Assembly (NCBI RefSeq): GCF_006345805.1
Contig: NC_043002.1
Location: 107,074,001-107,138,000 of the forward strand
DNA: 64,000 bases
Source: Octopus sinensis
Lineage: Eukaryota
Direction of reading: 5' to 3'
Shown here: in pieces, positions 1-14,300 of the stretch
How positions within the stretch are numbered: the first letter of the stretch is position 1
How the letters are laid out: each line of letters opens with the position of its first letter
Translations under genes and position numbers: made by a program
The notes under the pieces: model-generated
Told to the model about the DNA's origin: nothing
Seen by the model: the letters and a program-made list of their open reading frames with translations, nothing else
The model's database searches: none

Positions 1-610
1 AAATCCACTTTTATATAAAAAAAAAAATGTCACTCTCTTATTTCAATATTTTCATTGCGGTACTGCCCTGATCACAAGTTTTTGTAGTCAGAAGTATCGA
101 CTTTTTCACAGGATGTCTGCTGTGTATTTCTGGCAAAAAACTAAACTTAGTGAATGTAGATTAAGATGTTTAGGCAAGATACAAAAGATAACACATCCAG
201 TAGATTTTTCACTCTGAAAGACAGTAAAATTGTTATCAATTCAACCTTGATTTAATAAATTATCAATTGCTTTATAGTTCATAATAACAGATAGCTATCA
301 ATGGTTGATTTAGCATAACGATTAGTAACGAGTGTTATGCTGTATTCAGAACTTCATCAAGTGTGCTTCCTCTCAGTTTTTTCCTTCCAACTTTCACTCA
401 GGTTGTTGTGAGGCTATAAAAAATGATATTTACCCAAAATGTCATACAGTCAGATTGAACCTGGGACTTTGTGGTTGTGAAGTAAACGTCTTAACCATTC
501 CACCCTAATGCATTTCTGTTTGTGAAACAGTTCTGATAGAAACATTAAAACAAACTTTTGACTTGCTTTCAGTGTTTTTGTTTTTCTGTTTATTTTTGTT
601 TTTTTTTTAG

Positions 611-722
611 GAAGCTGGTATGCTTATGATTGGTTTTGTTGCTCTTATTATCTCAAGCATCGCCCAGATGTTGGCACCATTGTTCTTTGGAAAAGTTGTT
701 GATGCTGCACTCAAGTCAATGG
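611..722 (+). CDS. ABCB exon a ([12 protein letters not shown]...ALKSM)
   Basis: Poly-T AG acceptor at 609-610 and donor GTGAG at 723; encodes the first TM helix of the ABC membrane domain; phase 0 to 1. Confidence 0.9.
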
Positions 723-3700
723 GTGAGAAATTTGTGTTTGCTGTATATTTTCAATGCCTTCTTGGTGAAATCATGGAACCAAATACACAGAGAGAAATAA
801 AATACTTCAAAAAAATTATTTGACTTAGAGGAAGAAGTTCAATGTCTCTGACAGATATTTGATGGTGTGTGGCGCGGATGGGAGGATTCTTGCAACAAAA
901 TATAGTCTCTGTTAACAAGAGCATTTTTGGGTCAGATGTTGGTGTTACAGTAGGGGAGGGATTAAGTCTATCATCTGAAAAACTTGGTCCCTTCCATGGC
1001 CTTCCACACAGTTTCCATCTATCAAATTACACTTATGAGGCTTCGGTTGACCCATGGCTATTGTAGATGACCCTATGTCTTACAGTGGAATTGAACCTGA
1101 GATCACATGGTTGTGATGCACATTTTCTCACAACACAGCCATACTTGCACTGCATGAGGATGGAAGCCACCAAAATTAAGTTTTTTTCAATAAACGATGA
1201 AATAATTAATAAATTTATTTTTTTTCACTTTATTCAGCATTATGTTTGTATTTATCTCTTCTTCATCTTGAAGTATTCATCATCCAAAGCTGCCAAGTCC
1301 AGACACCCTGCCCAAGTATGTCACTGGTATATCTATGAACACAGTTGTACCTTCTCCTAGGGATATGTTTTGACAAAAGCTCAGAGTTGCCTTACTCCCA
1401 GTAATATTACAGCACACTGGGTACTAACCCAGAATTTCTAAGTCTGTGCACTAAAAGTGGTCTTAAAAAAGATAGGGTAGTCAGATCTGGAATGTCTTCA
1501 GTCATACATCAGGGCTAACTTTGAGCAATAACAACAGCAATAACAACAATAATTCTATATTTTCAGTAATTTGGGTTTGTGAACTGTTGTTATCGTTGAT
1601 TAAACCTAAGGTCATCCTTGATCAAGGAAACCTATAAAGGCCTTCTAGTACCATATTGTCCAATATGGCATTCTTGTTTTAAGCTGATAGGATGTAATTT
1701 GGTGGGATTTGGTTGCTATTTCTAGCAAGTCAAGCAACAGCATATATATTCTTTTATTTTTCTACTGGTTTCAGTCATTGGATTGTGTGGATTTCTTGAG
1801 CTACGTTATCCTACGTGCCCTTCCTTTTATAAGGATTGTAGTGTATGACAAGAGGTTTTGTACAGTTCTATATTTAAGAGATGAGGAATAATGTACATTA
1901 TTTACATTCGACGGATATTTGTCCTCATCTTGTTTGTTGTTAACACAACATTTTGGCTGATATACCCTCCAGCCTTCATCAGGTGTCTTGGGGAAATTTC
2001 GAACCTGGGTTCTCATTCCTAAGGTATTTTTTTGTTATTATTATTATCATCATCATCATCATCATCATCATCATTATTATTATTATTATTATTATTAATA
2101 TTATTATTATTATTATTATTATCATCATTATCATCATTATTATTATTCAAGTCACTGCCTGGAATTGAACTCAGAATCTTGGGGTTAGTAGCCCGTGCTC
2201 TTAACCACTACGCCATATGCCTGTGGTTTTGTATCGTAGAATTAAGGGCTGTCTCTGGAGGGATTCCATGAAAAGGATTAGAACATTCTCTGATTGAACT
2301 AGATTTTAATTTGGCTCACAACCATTTTTCTAAACTTTTGTCTTTGGTTGTTGAAGTTATACAAATTTTGTGGAAATTAATCAAAGATTATAGACATAAA
2401 CATTCATTCACAATTTTCTTCTTCTTATCTTTCAGATGCATTAAACAAGACTGTACTCACATTGCTAGGAATATATTTCGGTGGTTCCATAGCATCTATG
2501 GTCCGCTGCTGGATCTTCAACTTAGCTGGTCAAAGACTTGTAGCAAGATTGCGTACAGATATTTTTAATAATCTCATATGTCAGGAAGTTGCTTTTTATG
2601 ATAAAACAAGGTAAATACAACGAAAATTTCTCATTACCTCCGCCAAGGAAGGATGTTATTTTCATCGGCATTGTCTGTCCGTCTGTGTGCAAAATAACTC
2701 AAAAAGTTGTGAACGATATTTGATGAAACTTGCAGGAAAAGTTGGTAATGACACAAGGAACAGATGATGAAATAGTGATCTGGGAATTTTTATGGTTTCT
2801 TGAAGGATTTTTCATTTGTTATATTTACTTTACATGAAGTATTAGTTACGTTCTTTGATTATCTCCCTTGAAAACACGTTCATCATTTCCACGTAACCTA
2901 TAGTGACGTTGCTGTTTCCAAAGTTTATTTTCGGTTCTCTATTAGTAATTTTACTAGCATATCTATCTTACTAGAAACTGATGAATAAAGAGATCAAACT
3001 ACATAAACAAACGGCAGCGAAACAGTTCAGAAATTAAATAACGCTTACATATTCAAGGGTTACTAAAAGCAGCAGCAGGGGAGGAGGCAGTGGTAGCAAC
3101 AACTGATGCTGGACACTTGAGGGATGTAATAATAATAATGAAATTATTGTATACAGTGCTCAGGTGCACCACAACTTGTCAGAAAGTGCATATAAAGTAC
3201 ATGCAGTAATGTACAAATGTCTGGAAAGCGAACAGTGTATGAGTCAGATACATGCCTGTGTGTGTATGGAGGGGAGAAAATCAGGTGTAGTGTTGGCGAA
3301 TCTCAGAAAGCATGGAAGTTTTGAAGGATGCAGTGCTCCGACAACTAACAACTGATGCCGGCAGTTTGTTCCATGCTTCAGCAACTCTCAGCGTGAAAAA
3401 ATGTTTCCTGAGGTCATGGGAGCTGCGCTGTTTTCTGACTTTGTAAATATGTCCACGGGTGTTAGATGGGTGGAATTTGAAAAGGTGCTCAGAGTTATTG
3501 TTTGTACGATGGTTGATAATTTTATGGGTGTCTGCCAAGTCAGCTGCCAGACGTCGGAGTTTCAATGTGTCCATGCCCAGGGAAGTAAGGCGTTCAGGAT
3601 ATGGCAAATGCCTGATGGAGGGTATTCTTTGATCACAGAGGGATGTAAAGTGGGTAGGTAGGTTTAGTTTGGTAAGGTTAGGATTAGGGTTAGGGTTAGG

Positions 3701-6700
3701 TTTTTTTAAAATCATATGGCTGTGTTATTTTGTTTTACCCCTGCCAAAGAGGTTATGTTTTTGCTGGCATTGGTTTGGGAAATTGGGCGATTTTCAGCAT
3801 GTGTGTATATGGGTGGAAATGAGCTGCTTGGTGGAGGTCTGCACTCTCCGAGTGCTTTCCTAGTTGAAAATAATATCAATTTACATCACATGATGTACCA
3901 CCCACACCTGGGCCCCTGGCCCTTGAAGTCCTTTGACAGAGTCCAATCTGTTGCAAGCATTCAGGACAGAACATTGCTTTAAGGATTACTTATCCCCTTT
4001 CCTTCCACCAGTGTTGGAGATCCTGCTAAAATGTCATAGATGTTATCCTGACCAATCCATAATTTTTTTAAAATAACAACCAAACAAATAAAGGCCAGAG
4101 GAAAAAGGGTATCATAGCTGTTCCTTTTTATTTAAAGGATTCTGTTACCAATGCAGTCAGATCTGCTTTATAGAGAGAACCATTGAACATACCTATTTAA
4201 GATTGTTTCTAAGAAGCAACCTTTCAAAAAAAGTGAATCTCTGCTTCTGACAGAAAACATGGGCTCTGACCTTAGCTCAGTTAGGAAAGCACACAAATGT
4301 AAACGTACTCTTTCACATGCATAAAAGGTAATAAATTTTATCTCAGCTGTGCCCATCATCATAATCATCATTTAACATCTGTTTTACATGCTGGCATGGG
4401 TTGGATGGTTTGGCAAGAACTGGCAAAGCCAGGGTCCGCACCATGATCCATAGTCTCTTTTAGCTTGGTTTCTACAGCTGGGTGCCCTTCCTAATGCCAA
4501 CCACTTTACAGAGTGTATTGGGTGCTTTTTACATGGCACCATCACCAGTGCTTTTTATGTGGTACCAGCCTGTATTTACACATTAAAGAGCATGTAATTA
4601 TGTGAGACTTGACTGTTCCCCGTCTGGGTTGTAAGCATGGTTTCGTGGTTGAGAAATTCCATTTGCAATCATGCAGTTGTGAGTTTGATCCAACTATGCA
4701 ATCATCATCATCATCATTGATTAACATCTGTTTTCCATGCTGGCATGTGTTGGACGGTTTGACTGAGGTCTGGAGAGCCAGCGGCTGCACCAGGCTCCAA
4801 TCTGGTCTGGCAGAGTGTCCACAGCTGGATGCCCTTCCTGATGCCAACCACTCCAAGTGTGTAGTGGGTGCTTTTTACATGTCACCGGCACAGGAGCCAG
4901 TAAGGTGGGCCTGGCAACAATCACATTCGGATGGTGCTTTGTATGTGCCACCGGCATAGGAACCAGTAAGTGGGTACTGGCGCCAGTCACGATCAGTTGG
5001 TGTTCTCTACTTGCCACTAGCATAGTAGCCAGTCAGGTGGACCTGGCTTCGACCACGTTTGGATGGTGCCTTTTACGTGCCATCGGCATGGGGGTCGTTG
5101 GAAAAATGTCTTCTATCAGTGACTTAAATTTTGTATGTAAAACTGAGTGTAGACAGAAACTGTGTTGAAGCCTCTGCAACAACAGACTTTACCTTTACCT
5201 GGGTGATAGACTTAACCTTTTATCTGATTTAACGACATAGTCTTAACCTGTTACCTGGTTTAACAACATCACTAAACCCTTGACCATTCTGTTGATGCTG
5301 AAGTGTAATTTGAGGGAGATTTGCCTGTTATTTCCAGTAGTTTGGCTGAGCAAGTAGAGCTTCTCTTCTTGACGTATCTTAGACATTGGAATACTTTGAA
5401 AAGTTGGCCGTCTTTGATTTCTTGCATTTTCTCTGAGTAAAAGAGGTTCTTGTATTTCTTCTTTCTTGATTTTCAGGACTGGTGAGTTAACGAACCGGTT
5501 GTCATCGGACACACAAGTTCTTCAAAATGCTGTCACTGTAAGTTGAAAGCTGTTCTTATTTTGAGTTTCGTAGGAAAAGCTTAACCTTCATTTGGTCTCA
5601 AGCTGAAGTGTTATAACTAATTGCATGTGTATATACATGAGTGTTTGTGTGTGTGTGAATGGGACTGCGTGTGGGAGTGTGTTTGTATATGTGTGTGTGT
5701 GCACATAGTGTAATTACCCTCCTCCTCCTCATCATCATCATTTAATGTTCATGTACACCATATGTGCACGACATGGACATTTCATATCAAGATAAGCAGC
5801 GCATGACCTTGCAGGTGGGGGCCCAGTTAGAATTTTCTTCTGGTCGAGTAACCCATCCCGCTCAAAAGGTCCCTGAATAAGGATTGTTTAAGGATGTTGA
5901 ACGAAACACCCATGTTTCCAGAGGTGAATTATTCAAACCCCAAAGAATTCCTCTCAACACATGGCTATGATGCTCCCCCAACTACTTCTGCTCGTGATCA
6001 GAGATGCACATATCGTCAGCCACAAAGGGACATGGTCAACTGGTTAAGGTCAAACAACTGACAAGCAAATCTGTGGTATTGAGCAGAATATTTGCTGTAG
6101 CCCATCTTTTATACCAAGACAAAACAATGTACATGATAACACTACTAATCAGTTAAGATCAGAAATCACGAGAGCCAATGCCTGGTACTGCATCAGGGCA
6201 TTCATTCATTCATTCAATCATCATCATCATCATCATCATTTATTTATTTATTTATTTATTTATCTATTTAAGGTCAATGTTTCAATGTTGCTGCGTTACC
6301 TGCTTCAAATCATTGGTTCCTTAGCTGTGATGTTTGTCTTGAACCCTGCATTAACTGGTGTTTTACTCGGAGTAGTACCACTGGTATCATTTGGAGCCGT
6401 CCAGTATGGTAAGATCACCATTTCATTGTCACTTGCCACACATACAGATATATTAAATTTCATCATCATCATTGTTTTGATATCTAATGTTCTATAAGGC
6501 AGCTAGCTACCAGAATTGTTAGCACGCCGGGCGAAATGCTTAGCAGTATTTTATTTGTCTTTACCTTCTGAGTTCAAATTCCACCGAGGACAACTTTGCC
6601 TTTTTATCCTTTTGGGGTCGATAAATTAAATACCAGTTGCATACTGGGGTCAATCTCATCGATTGCCCACCCCCGTCCCCAATTTCAGGCCTTGTGTCTA

Positions 6701-9700
6701 AAGTAGAAAAGAATATCTGATGTGCTATGCTTCCATGAGTCCGACAGACTTTGTTGAGGTCGACTTTTCTATGGCTGGGTGCCCTTCCTTTTGTGAACCC
6801 TCATCAGTTTTTAAACGGGTAATATTAACTTAATCTCTGAAGGAGCCTGGATGTAGTTATGAGTCTTTTGGTTTACAAAGATCACACACATCAAGAAAAC
6901 AAGACCTGCTTTCACGGATGACATCTCCTCCGTTGGTGGTGAAGCTGTTGTTTTATTTACAGTGGACACACGTAAAGACTAAGAGGAAATACAAAATCAC
7001 TTGCACCCCACGACCAAGCACACACACACACACAATTGCTCACACACACACACAATTGCTCACACACACAGAGGCATGCACACACACACACACACACACA
7101 AGCATGTGGACATGCACAAGAATGTGCACATGCACACACAAGTTCTCACAAGCATACATACACACACGAGTACTCACACACATACACAAGTGCACATGCA
7201 CACACACACAGGTGTGCATACACACACAGGTGTGCATACACACACAGGTGCGCATACACACACAGGTGTGCATACACACACAGGTGTGCATACACACACA
7301 GGTGTGCATACACACACAGGTGTGCATACACACACAGGTGTGCATACACACACAGGTGCGCATACACACACAGGTGCGCATACACACACAGGTGCGCATA
7401 CACACACAGGTGCGCATACACACACAGGTGTGCATACACACACAGGTGTGCATACACACACAGGTGTGCATACACACACAGGTGTGCATACACACACACA
7501 AGCACGCACACACATACAAACGCACAAGCGCACACACACACGCACTTGGACACGCACATAAAAGCACTCACACAAACACACAAATGCTCTCACACACACA
7601 CATGTACGTATGCACACACATGCACACACACACACCGTATATTATGGGCTTCTGCACAGTTTTCTCTTTACAAATTTTGCTCACAAAGCATTGATGAATC
7701 CAAGGTTGTGGTAGAAGTCAGAGTTGCATACACTGGAACAAAAAGCGAATACACTGACAACTCATTTCCGCGCGTAAACCTATTCAATGCTTGACACAGC
7801 AGTTCAGAAACTGAATTCTCTTTATTTTCCTTTCAGGTCATTACCTGAAAAAATTACGAAAGGCATTTCAGGACAACTTAGCAGAAGCAGGGACCGCAGC
7901 CGAAGAATCAATTTCAAGCTTACGGACAGTGCGGTCATTTGCTTGTGAAAACAAAGTCCAGCAGGACTATTCTGAACACATCCAGAAGAGCTACAACATT
8001 GGGAAGAAATTATCTGCTGTCCAAGGTAAGTCATTAGATTGTTATGATATTTGCCATTTTGTCTGGCACCTGTGCGGGTGGCACGTAAAAAGCACCCACT
8101 ACACTCACGGAGTGGTTGGCGTTAGGAAGGGCATCCAGCCGTAGAAACACTGCCAGATCTGACTGGGCCTGATGAAGCCTTCCGGCTTCACAGACCCCAG
8201 TTGAACCGTCCAAACCATGCTAGTATGGAAAACGGACGCTTTGTCAAAACAGACAATGGAGCTCAACGCAGTCCTCTGGCTCATTAAGCCCTCTTAAACC
8301 ATCCGACCTATGCCAGTATGGAAGACAGACGTTGAATATGACAGTGACAACGACGATGACGGTGACGATGTCATTGACGTCATTGACGTGGCCGTCGCCG
8401 TCGTCGTTACACTCACATGCACACACATTTGACAAGCTTCCACACAGTTTCTGGAAGTTTGTGCTTTTCGAACGACGGGGTTCTAGCTTTGATGCCATTG
8501 CTTGTAACTGAACAAATGTCTTCTCTCATGACTTCATGTTGATCAAATCCCCTTGGTATTTATTTGGTAGACAGAAACTGTGTGGGAGCTTGTCAAATGT
8601 GTGTGTATCATCATCATCATCATCGTCATATTCAATGTTTATTGTCCATGCTGGCATGGGTTGGATGGTTTGACAAGGTTTGATGAGCCAGAGGACTGTG
8701 TTGAGCTCCAGTCATCTGATTTGACTTGGTTTCTATGGTTGGATGCCCTTCCTAATGCCAACCACTTTACAAATTGGGGTCTGCTTTTTGAGGCAGCAGC
8801 ATAAGTGAGGGTCACCAAGTAACTTGGGATAGTATTTAGACAGGTAGCTTTATGCTTGATATCGAGAGGTTTGAGTACAACAGAGGGACAGGAACAAATG
8901 CTTTGGTGTAGAGGGGCCTCATGGAGGCAAAGTGGCTGGGTTACTTTCGAGTGATGGACCTCATGGAGGTAAAACGGCTGAGCCCCTTTTGGGCTTTGGG
9001 CCTAATGTAGGCAATGACTGAGACCTTTGGCATAATGTCAATCCGAGCAAAATTACAGTCATGGCAGATACCAGGATCATACAAAGGGCACCCGTGACAG
9101 TGGCATGTAAAAGTACCCATTTCACTTTTGGAGTGGTTGGTATTAGGAAGGGCATCCAGCTGTAGAAAACTATGCCAAATCAAACTGGAATCTGGTGCAG
9201 CTCTCCAGATTGCCAGCCCTAGTCAAACCATCCAACTCATGCCAGCATGGACAACAGACGCTAAATAATGATGACGATGAGGATGTTACCCCAGCAGGGG
9301 GCTGAAAAAGAAACTGGAGATGAGGTATTTGGACATACCCCCAAGGGACAAGAAGGTGGAGAATAGGGACAGAAAATCAGGTTGTTAGGACGAAAACAGA
9401 GTGACAGATGGTTCATCGTATTGGGTTAGAGGTTATTGCAGCGAAGGATGAACACAGGTGGAGGATGCGGTCAGTGGTGAATCTCAGTTGGAGGGGGTGG
9501 GGTGGGGATGGAGTGAAGGAAATAGAAGTACATCAGGGAGGAAGATGTGTTATCTTTTATCTTTTACTTGTTTCTGTCATTGGACTGTGGCCATGCTGGG
9601 GCTCTACATTGAAGGGTTTTAATCAAATTAATTGACCCCGGTACTTATTCTGTTGGTCTCTTTTGCTGAACCACTGTATTACAGGGACGTAAACAAACCA

Positions 9701-11312
9701 ACACTGGGTGTCAAGCACTGGTAGTGGACAAACACAAACACCCACACATCCAAACACACACACACGTGACAGGCTTCTTTCAGTTTCCGTCCACCAAATC
9801 CATTCACAAGGCTTCGGTTGGCATGGGTTTAGAGTTAGAAGACATCTGACCAAGGTGTCACTTGGTGGGACTGAACCCGGAACCATGTGGTCGGAAAGCA
9901 AGATTCTTACCACACAGCCAAGTGTGTCCTTATAATAAATAAATGATATTCAGATAGGGAAATCCTGACAACGATCCCAGTACACCTCGCATGCTACGCG
10001 TGCGCTCTACCACTGGAGCTAATCCTCACCAGTTACTTCCCTTTACGCTATCTCGACTAGCTGTAAAGGGGCATAACTCTTACCGAACTAAATACCACAG
10101 TTCCTTCATTCTGTTGTATTTCGTTAATTACCTCCATAGTTGTAGTAAGCATCCCCTTCAAGTCCTCAGTCCTCCTCTTATCAAACAGCCTCACACCACA
10201 CATCTCTCTCACCATTGCTCTCTCAGTCCTTCTCAAAATTACCATCTCTCTCTCTCCTTCAGACACCTTGTCTCACTCCCATACAGCACTGCTGCTCTCA
10301 CACAACTCCTATAGACCTTTCCTTCCATCTTCAATGAGAACCTTTCCTTTCATCTTCTTGTAGACCTTTCCTTTCATCTAGTTTGTCCAGACCACATGGG
10401 ATGGAAGCACTCCGTCGGTTACGACGATGTGGGTTCCGGTTGATCCGAATCAACGGAACAGCCTGCTCGTGAAATTAACGTGTAAGTGGCTGAGCACTCC
10501 ACAGACATGTGTACCCTTAACGTAGTTCTCGGGGATATTCAGCGTGACACAGAGAGTGACAAGGCCGGCCCCTTGAAATACAGGTACAACAGAAACAGGA
10601 AGTAAGAGTGAGAGAAAGTTGTGGTGAAAGAGTACAGCAGGGATCACCACCTTCCCCTGCCGGAGCCTCGTGGAGCTTTTAGGTGTTTTCGCTCAATAAA
10701 CACTCACAACGCACGGTCTGGGAATCAAAACCGCGATCTTATGACCGCGGGTCCGCTGCCCTAACCACTGAGCCATTGCGCCTCCACGTCCAGACCACAT
10801 ATTCCCTCTCTGGCTCATATTCTCTCTAACAGTGTTTCTTTTACAGTGATGATTTTTTTTTTTCTGATACAAAGATTCTCTCTTTACAGGAACACTCGAT
10901 GGCTCTGTAGGGTTTATATCTTATGCCGCCATTTGCCTTGTACTATGGTATGGAGGAAAATTAGTCAACGAGAAAACTGTCTCACCTGGACTATTGACAT
11001 GTAAGTTCGATTCTGATGGTATACTTCACTGATGTCTTTTTTTTTAAGTCAACTTTATTATTTTGTCTGAACCAAAGTGCTTATCTCAAAACAAACCGTA
11101 TGAATTGGACTAAACAGACCATCTTCTTAAGTAATTGGAAGAGATGAGTGAGTTTGATAAGAAGTGTACACACACACTCACACACATTTATATATATATA
11201 TACATATTTATATATATATATATACATCTATTTATATATATATTTACTTATATATACACACACACACACATATAAATATGTATATAGATACATATACATA
11301 CACACATATATA

Positions 11313-11366
<54 letters not shown>

Positions 11367-14300
11367 TACATCATCATCATTGTTGTTTAACGTCCGCTTT
11401 CCATGCTGGCATGGGTGAACACACACACACACACAACACACACACACATATATATATGACAGGCTTCTTTCAGTTTCTGTCTACCAAATCCACTCACAAG
11501 GCTTTAATCGGCCTGAGGCTATATCATCATCATCATCATCATCATCATTGTTTAGCGTCCGCTTTCCATGCTAGCATGGGTTGGACGGTTCAACTGGGGT
11601 CTGTGAAGCCAGAAGGCTGCATCAGGCCCAGTCTGATCTGGCAGTGTTTCTACGGCTGGATGCCCTTCCTAATGCCAACCACTCCGTGAGTGTAGTGGGT
11701 GCTTTTTACGTGCCACCCACACAGGTGCCAGACGGAGCTGAAGACATTTCCCCAATGTGCCATGCAGTGGGACTGAACCCAGAGCCATATGGTTGGGAAG
11801 CAAACTTCTTACCACACAGCCACACCCTCACCTATAAGTTGAATTTAGTCTACATAATTAAAAATTAACTGGTTTCCAAAGGTACTAAGTGGTGGCTGAG
11901 GTGGTTACATTGATATGATATGTAGTGCAAGGGCTGCAGGCATGGCTGTGTGGTTAAGAAGTTCACTTTCCATGAACATGGTTTTAGGTTCAGTCCCTCT
12001 GTCCCACTTTGTGGTACTTTGCGAAGGTTTCTTCTGTTGTAGCCCTCTGGCTGGCCAAAGCCTTGTGAATGATATTGTAAATGGACACTAAAAGAACCCC
12101 ATTGTGTGTGTGTGTGTTGTTTGTGTGTGTGTGTGCGTGTGTGTGTGTATGTGTGCGTGTGTGTATGTGCGTGTGTGCTTGTGTGTGTGTGTTGTGTGTG
12201 TGTGTGCGTGTGTATGTGTGTGTGTTTGTGTATGTGTGTGTGTGTATGTGCGTGTGTGCTTGTGTGTGTGTGTTTGTGTGTGTGTGCGCGTGTGTATGTG
12301 TGTGTGTTTGTGTATGTGTGTGTGTGTGTGTGTGTGTGTATTTTGTAAATAGACACAGGAAGAACCCCGTTGTGTGTGCAATAATTGTAAATGAGTGTCA
12401 CCGTCTTACAAGCAGTGTTGTTCATTTCAAACATTCAGTGAGATTATGTTTGGCCATGGAGAAACATCACCTTGCTTGAAAACAGGTGAGGGTTAGTGAC
12501 AGGAAGGGCATCCAGCTGCCTCAACAAATTCCATCTGACCCATGCAAGAAAGGAAAAAGGGGACAATGAAACAATGATGATGATGGTATTGAGTGTGAAT
12601 GAGCGGATGGTGTATATTGAGTGATAAGGAGAGCTTGAGTTGTTGTTTAGCCTCATTATCAGTCATGATTATCCAGCCATGACCATCCCATCTTTTTAAG
12701 GGGTGTCTTCTCTAATGCAAATGTAATATTTTCATGTATAGTGTATAATGTAAAACAGGCGGTGAACTGGCAGAAACGTTAGCACGCTGGGTGAAATGCT
12801 ATGAAGTATTTTGTCTGTCTTTACATTCTGAGTTCAAATTCCACCGAGGTCAACTTTGCCTTTCATCCTTTCAGGATTGATAAATTAAGTACTAGTTGCA
12901 TACTGGGGTTGATCTAATTGACTGGACCCCTCCCCCAAAATTTCAGGTTTTGTGCCTAGAATAGAAAAGAATATATGGCAAATATAAGGTGGCGAGCTGG
13001 CAGAATCATTAGCATTGCCAGGCGAAATGCTTAGTAGTATTTCGTCTGTCTTTACATTCTGAGTTCAAATTCCACCAAGGTCGACTTTGCCTTTCATCCT
13101 TTAGGGATCGATAAATTAAGTACCAGTTGCATACTGGGGTCGATCTAATCGATTGGCCCCCCTCCCCAACACTTTCAGGCCTTGTGTCTAGAGTAGAAAA
13201 GAGTATACTGTAATATTTTGTTATCCTGAATTGTATAAAAAAGTAGTGAATTCATGTAGAAATTTAATGAATATTGTGTATTTTTTAAAATTCTGTTTAT
13301 ACTGTTCCTTGCAGCATTTCTGTTGTACACCTTACAAGTGGCAATGGCTTTTGCATTTTTGTCATCAATCTATGGAGATTTCATGCAAGTAAGTTGTATA
13401 TTTTGTGTATCAAGTGGTTAACTGTGTTTAATATTACTTGAAGGGCCACAACCATTGACCCCAACCTCCCCAATAAAATGCTGGCTGGGTCATGGCATTT
13501 GGAGGGTCACTGCCACTTAACCATGCCAGTGTCTGTCTAGTGTATTTGTATGGGATCATAAATGTTGGGGGTCACCTAAATGAGGGAGGATGTCTTGTAT
13601 GTGTTGAAAGGAACATCAGAAAATAACATCCGACATCTGGGGTGGGACAGATTGGGGTTTTTGTTTGAACTGATTGGCCTTAATCATTAGTATTTACTCT
13701 TTACTCTTTTACTTGTTTCAGTCATTTGACTGCAGCCATGCTGGAGCACCGCTTTTAGTTGAGCAAATCGACCCCAGAGCTTATTCTTTGTAAGCCTAGT
13801 ACTTATTCTATTGGTCTCTTTTGCTGAACCGTCAAGTTACGGGGATGTAAACACACCAGCATTGGTTGTCAAGCAATGTTGGGGGGACAAACACAAACAT
13901 ATACATGCATACATATATATATACATATATTCATATATGACGGGCTTCTTTCAGTTTCTGTCTACCAAATCCACTCCCAAGGTTTTGGTCGGCTCGAGGC
14001 TATAGTAGAAGACACTTGCCCAAGGTGCCATGCAATGGGACTGAACCCGGGACCATGTGGTTAGTAAGCAAGCTACTTACCACACAGCCACTCCTCCGCC
14101 TATATTAGAAATTATTGGATCAAAGTAAGAAAAAAAAAGAAAAGCTTTTAGATGGGAGGATCAACTTTTTAACAAGTCATCAATTTCCTTAAAATGCTTT
14201 GGCAGAAAGAGGAAGAGAATTGGCCATGATCTTTGTTGTAGGGTTCCCAAGAGTGGTAGAAGACACTCGATCAAGTTGATATGTAATGGCATCAAATGAA

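Noticed and set aside
8166-8195. CTGATGA-AGCC-TTCC-GGCT hairpin
   Set aside because: No GAAA follows; it is a variant of the family F tail.
9488-9515. G-run cluster as a G-quadruplex
   Set aside because: Only three strong G tracts, isolated, with no supporting context.
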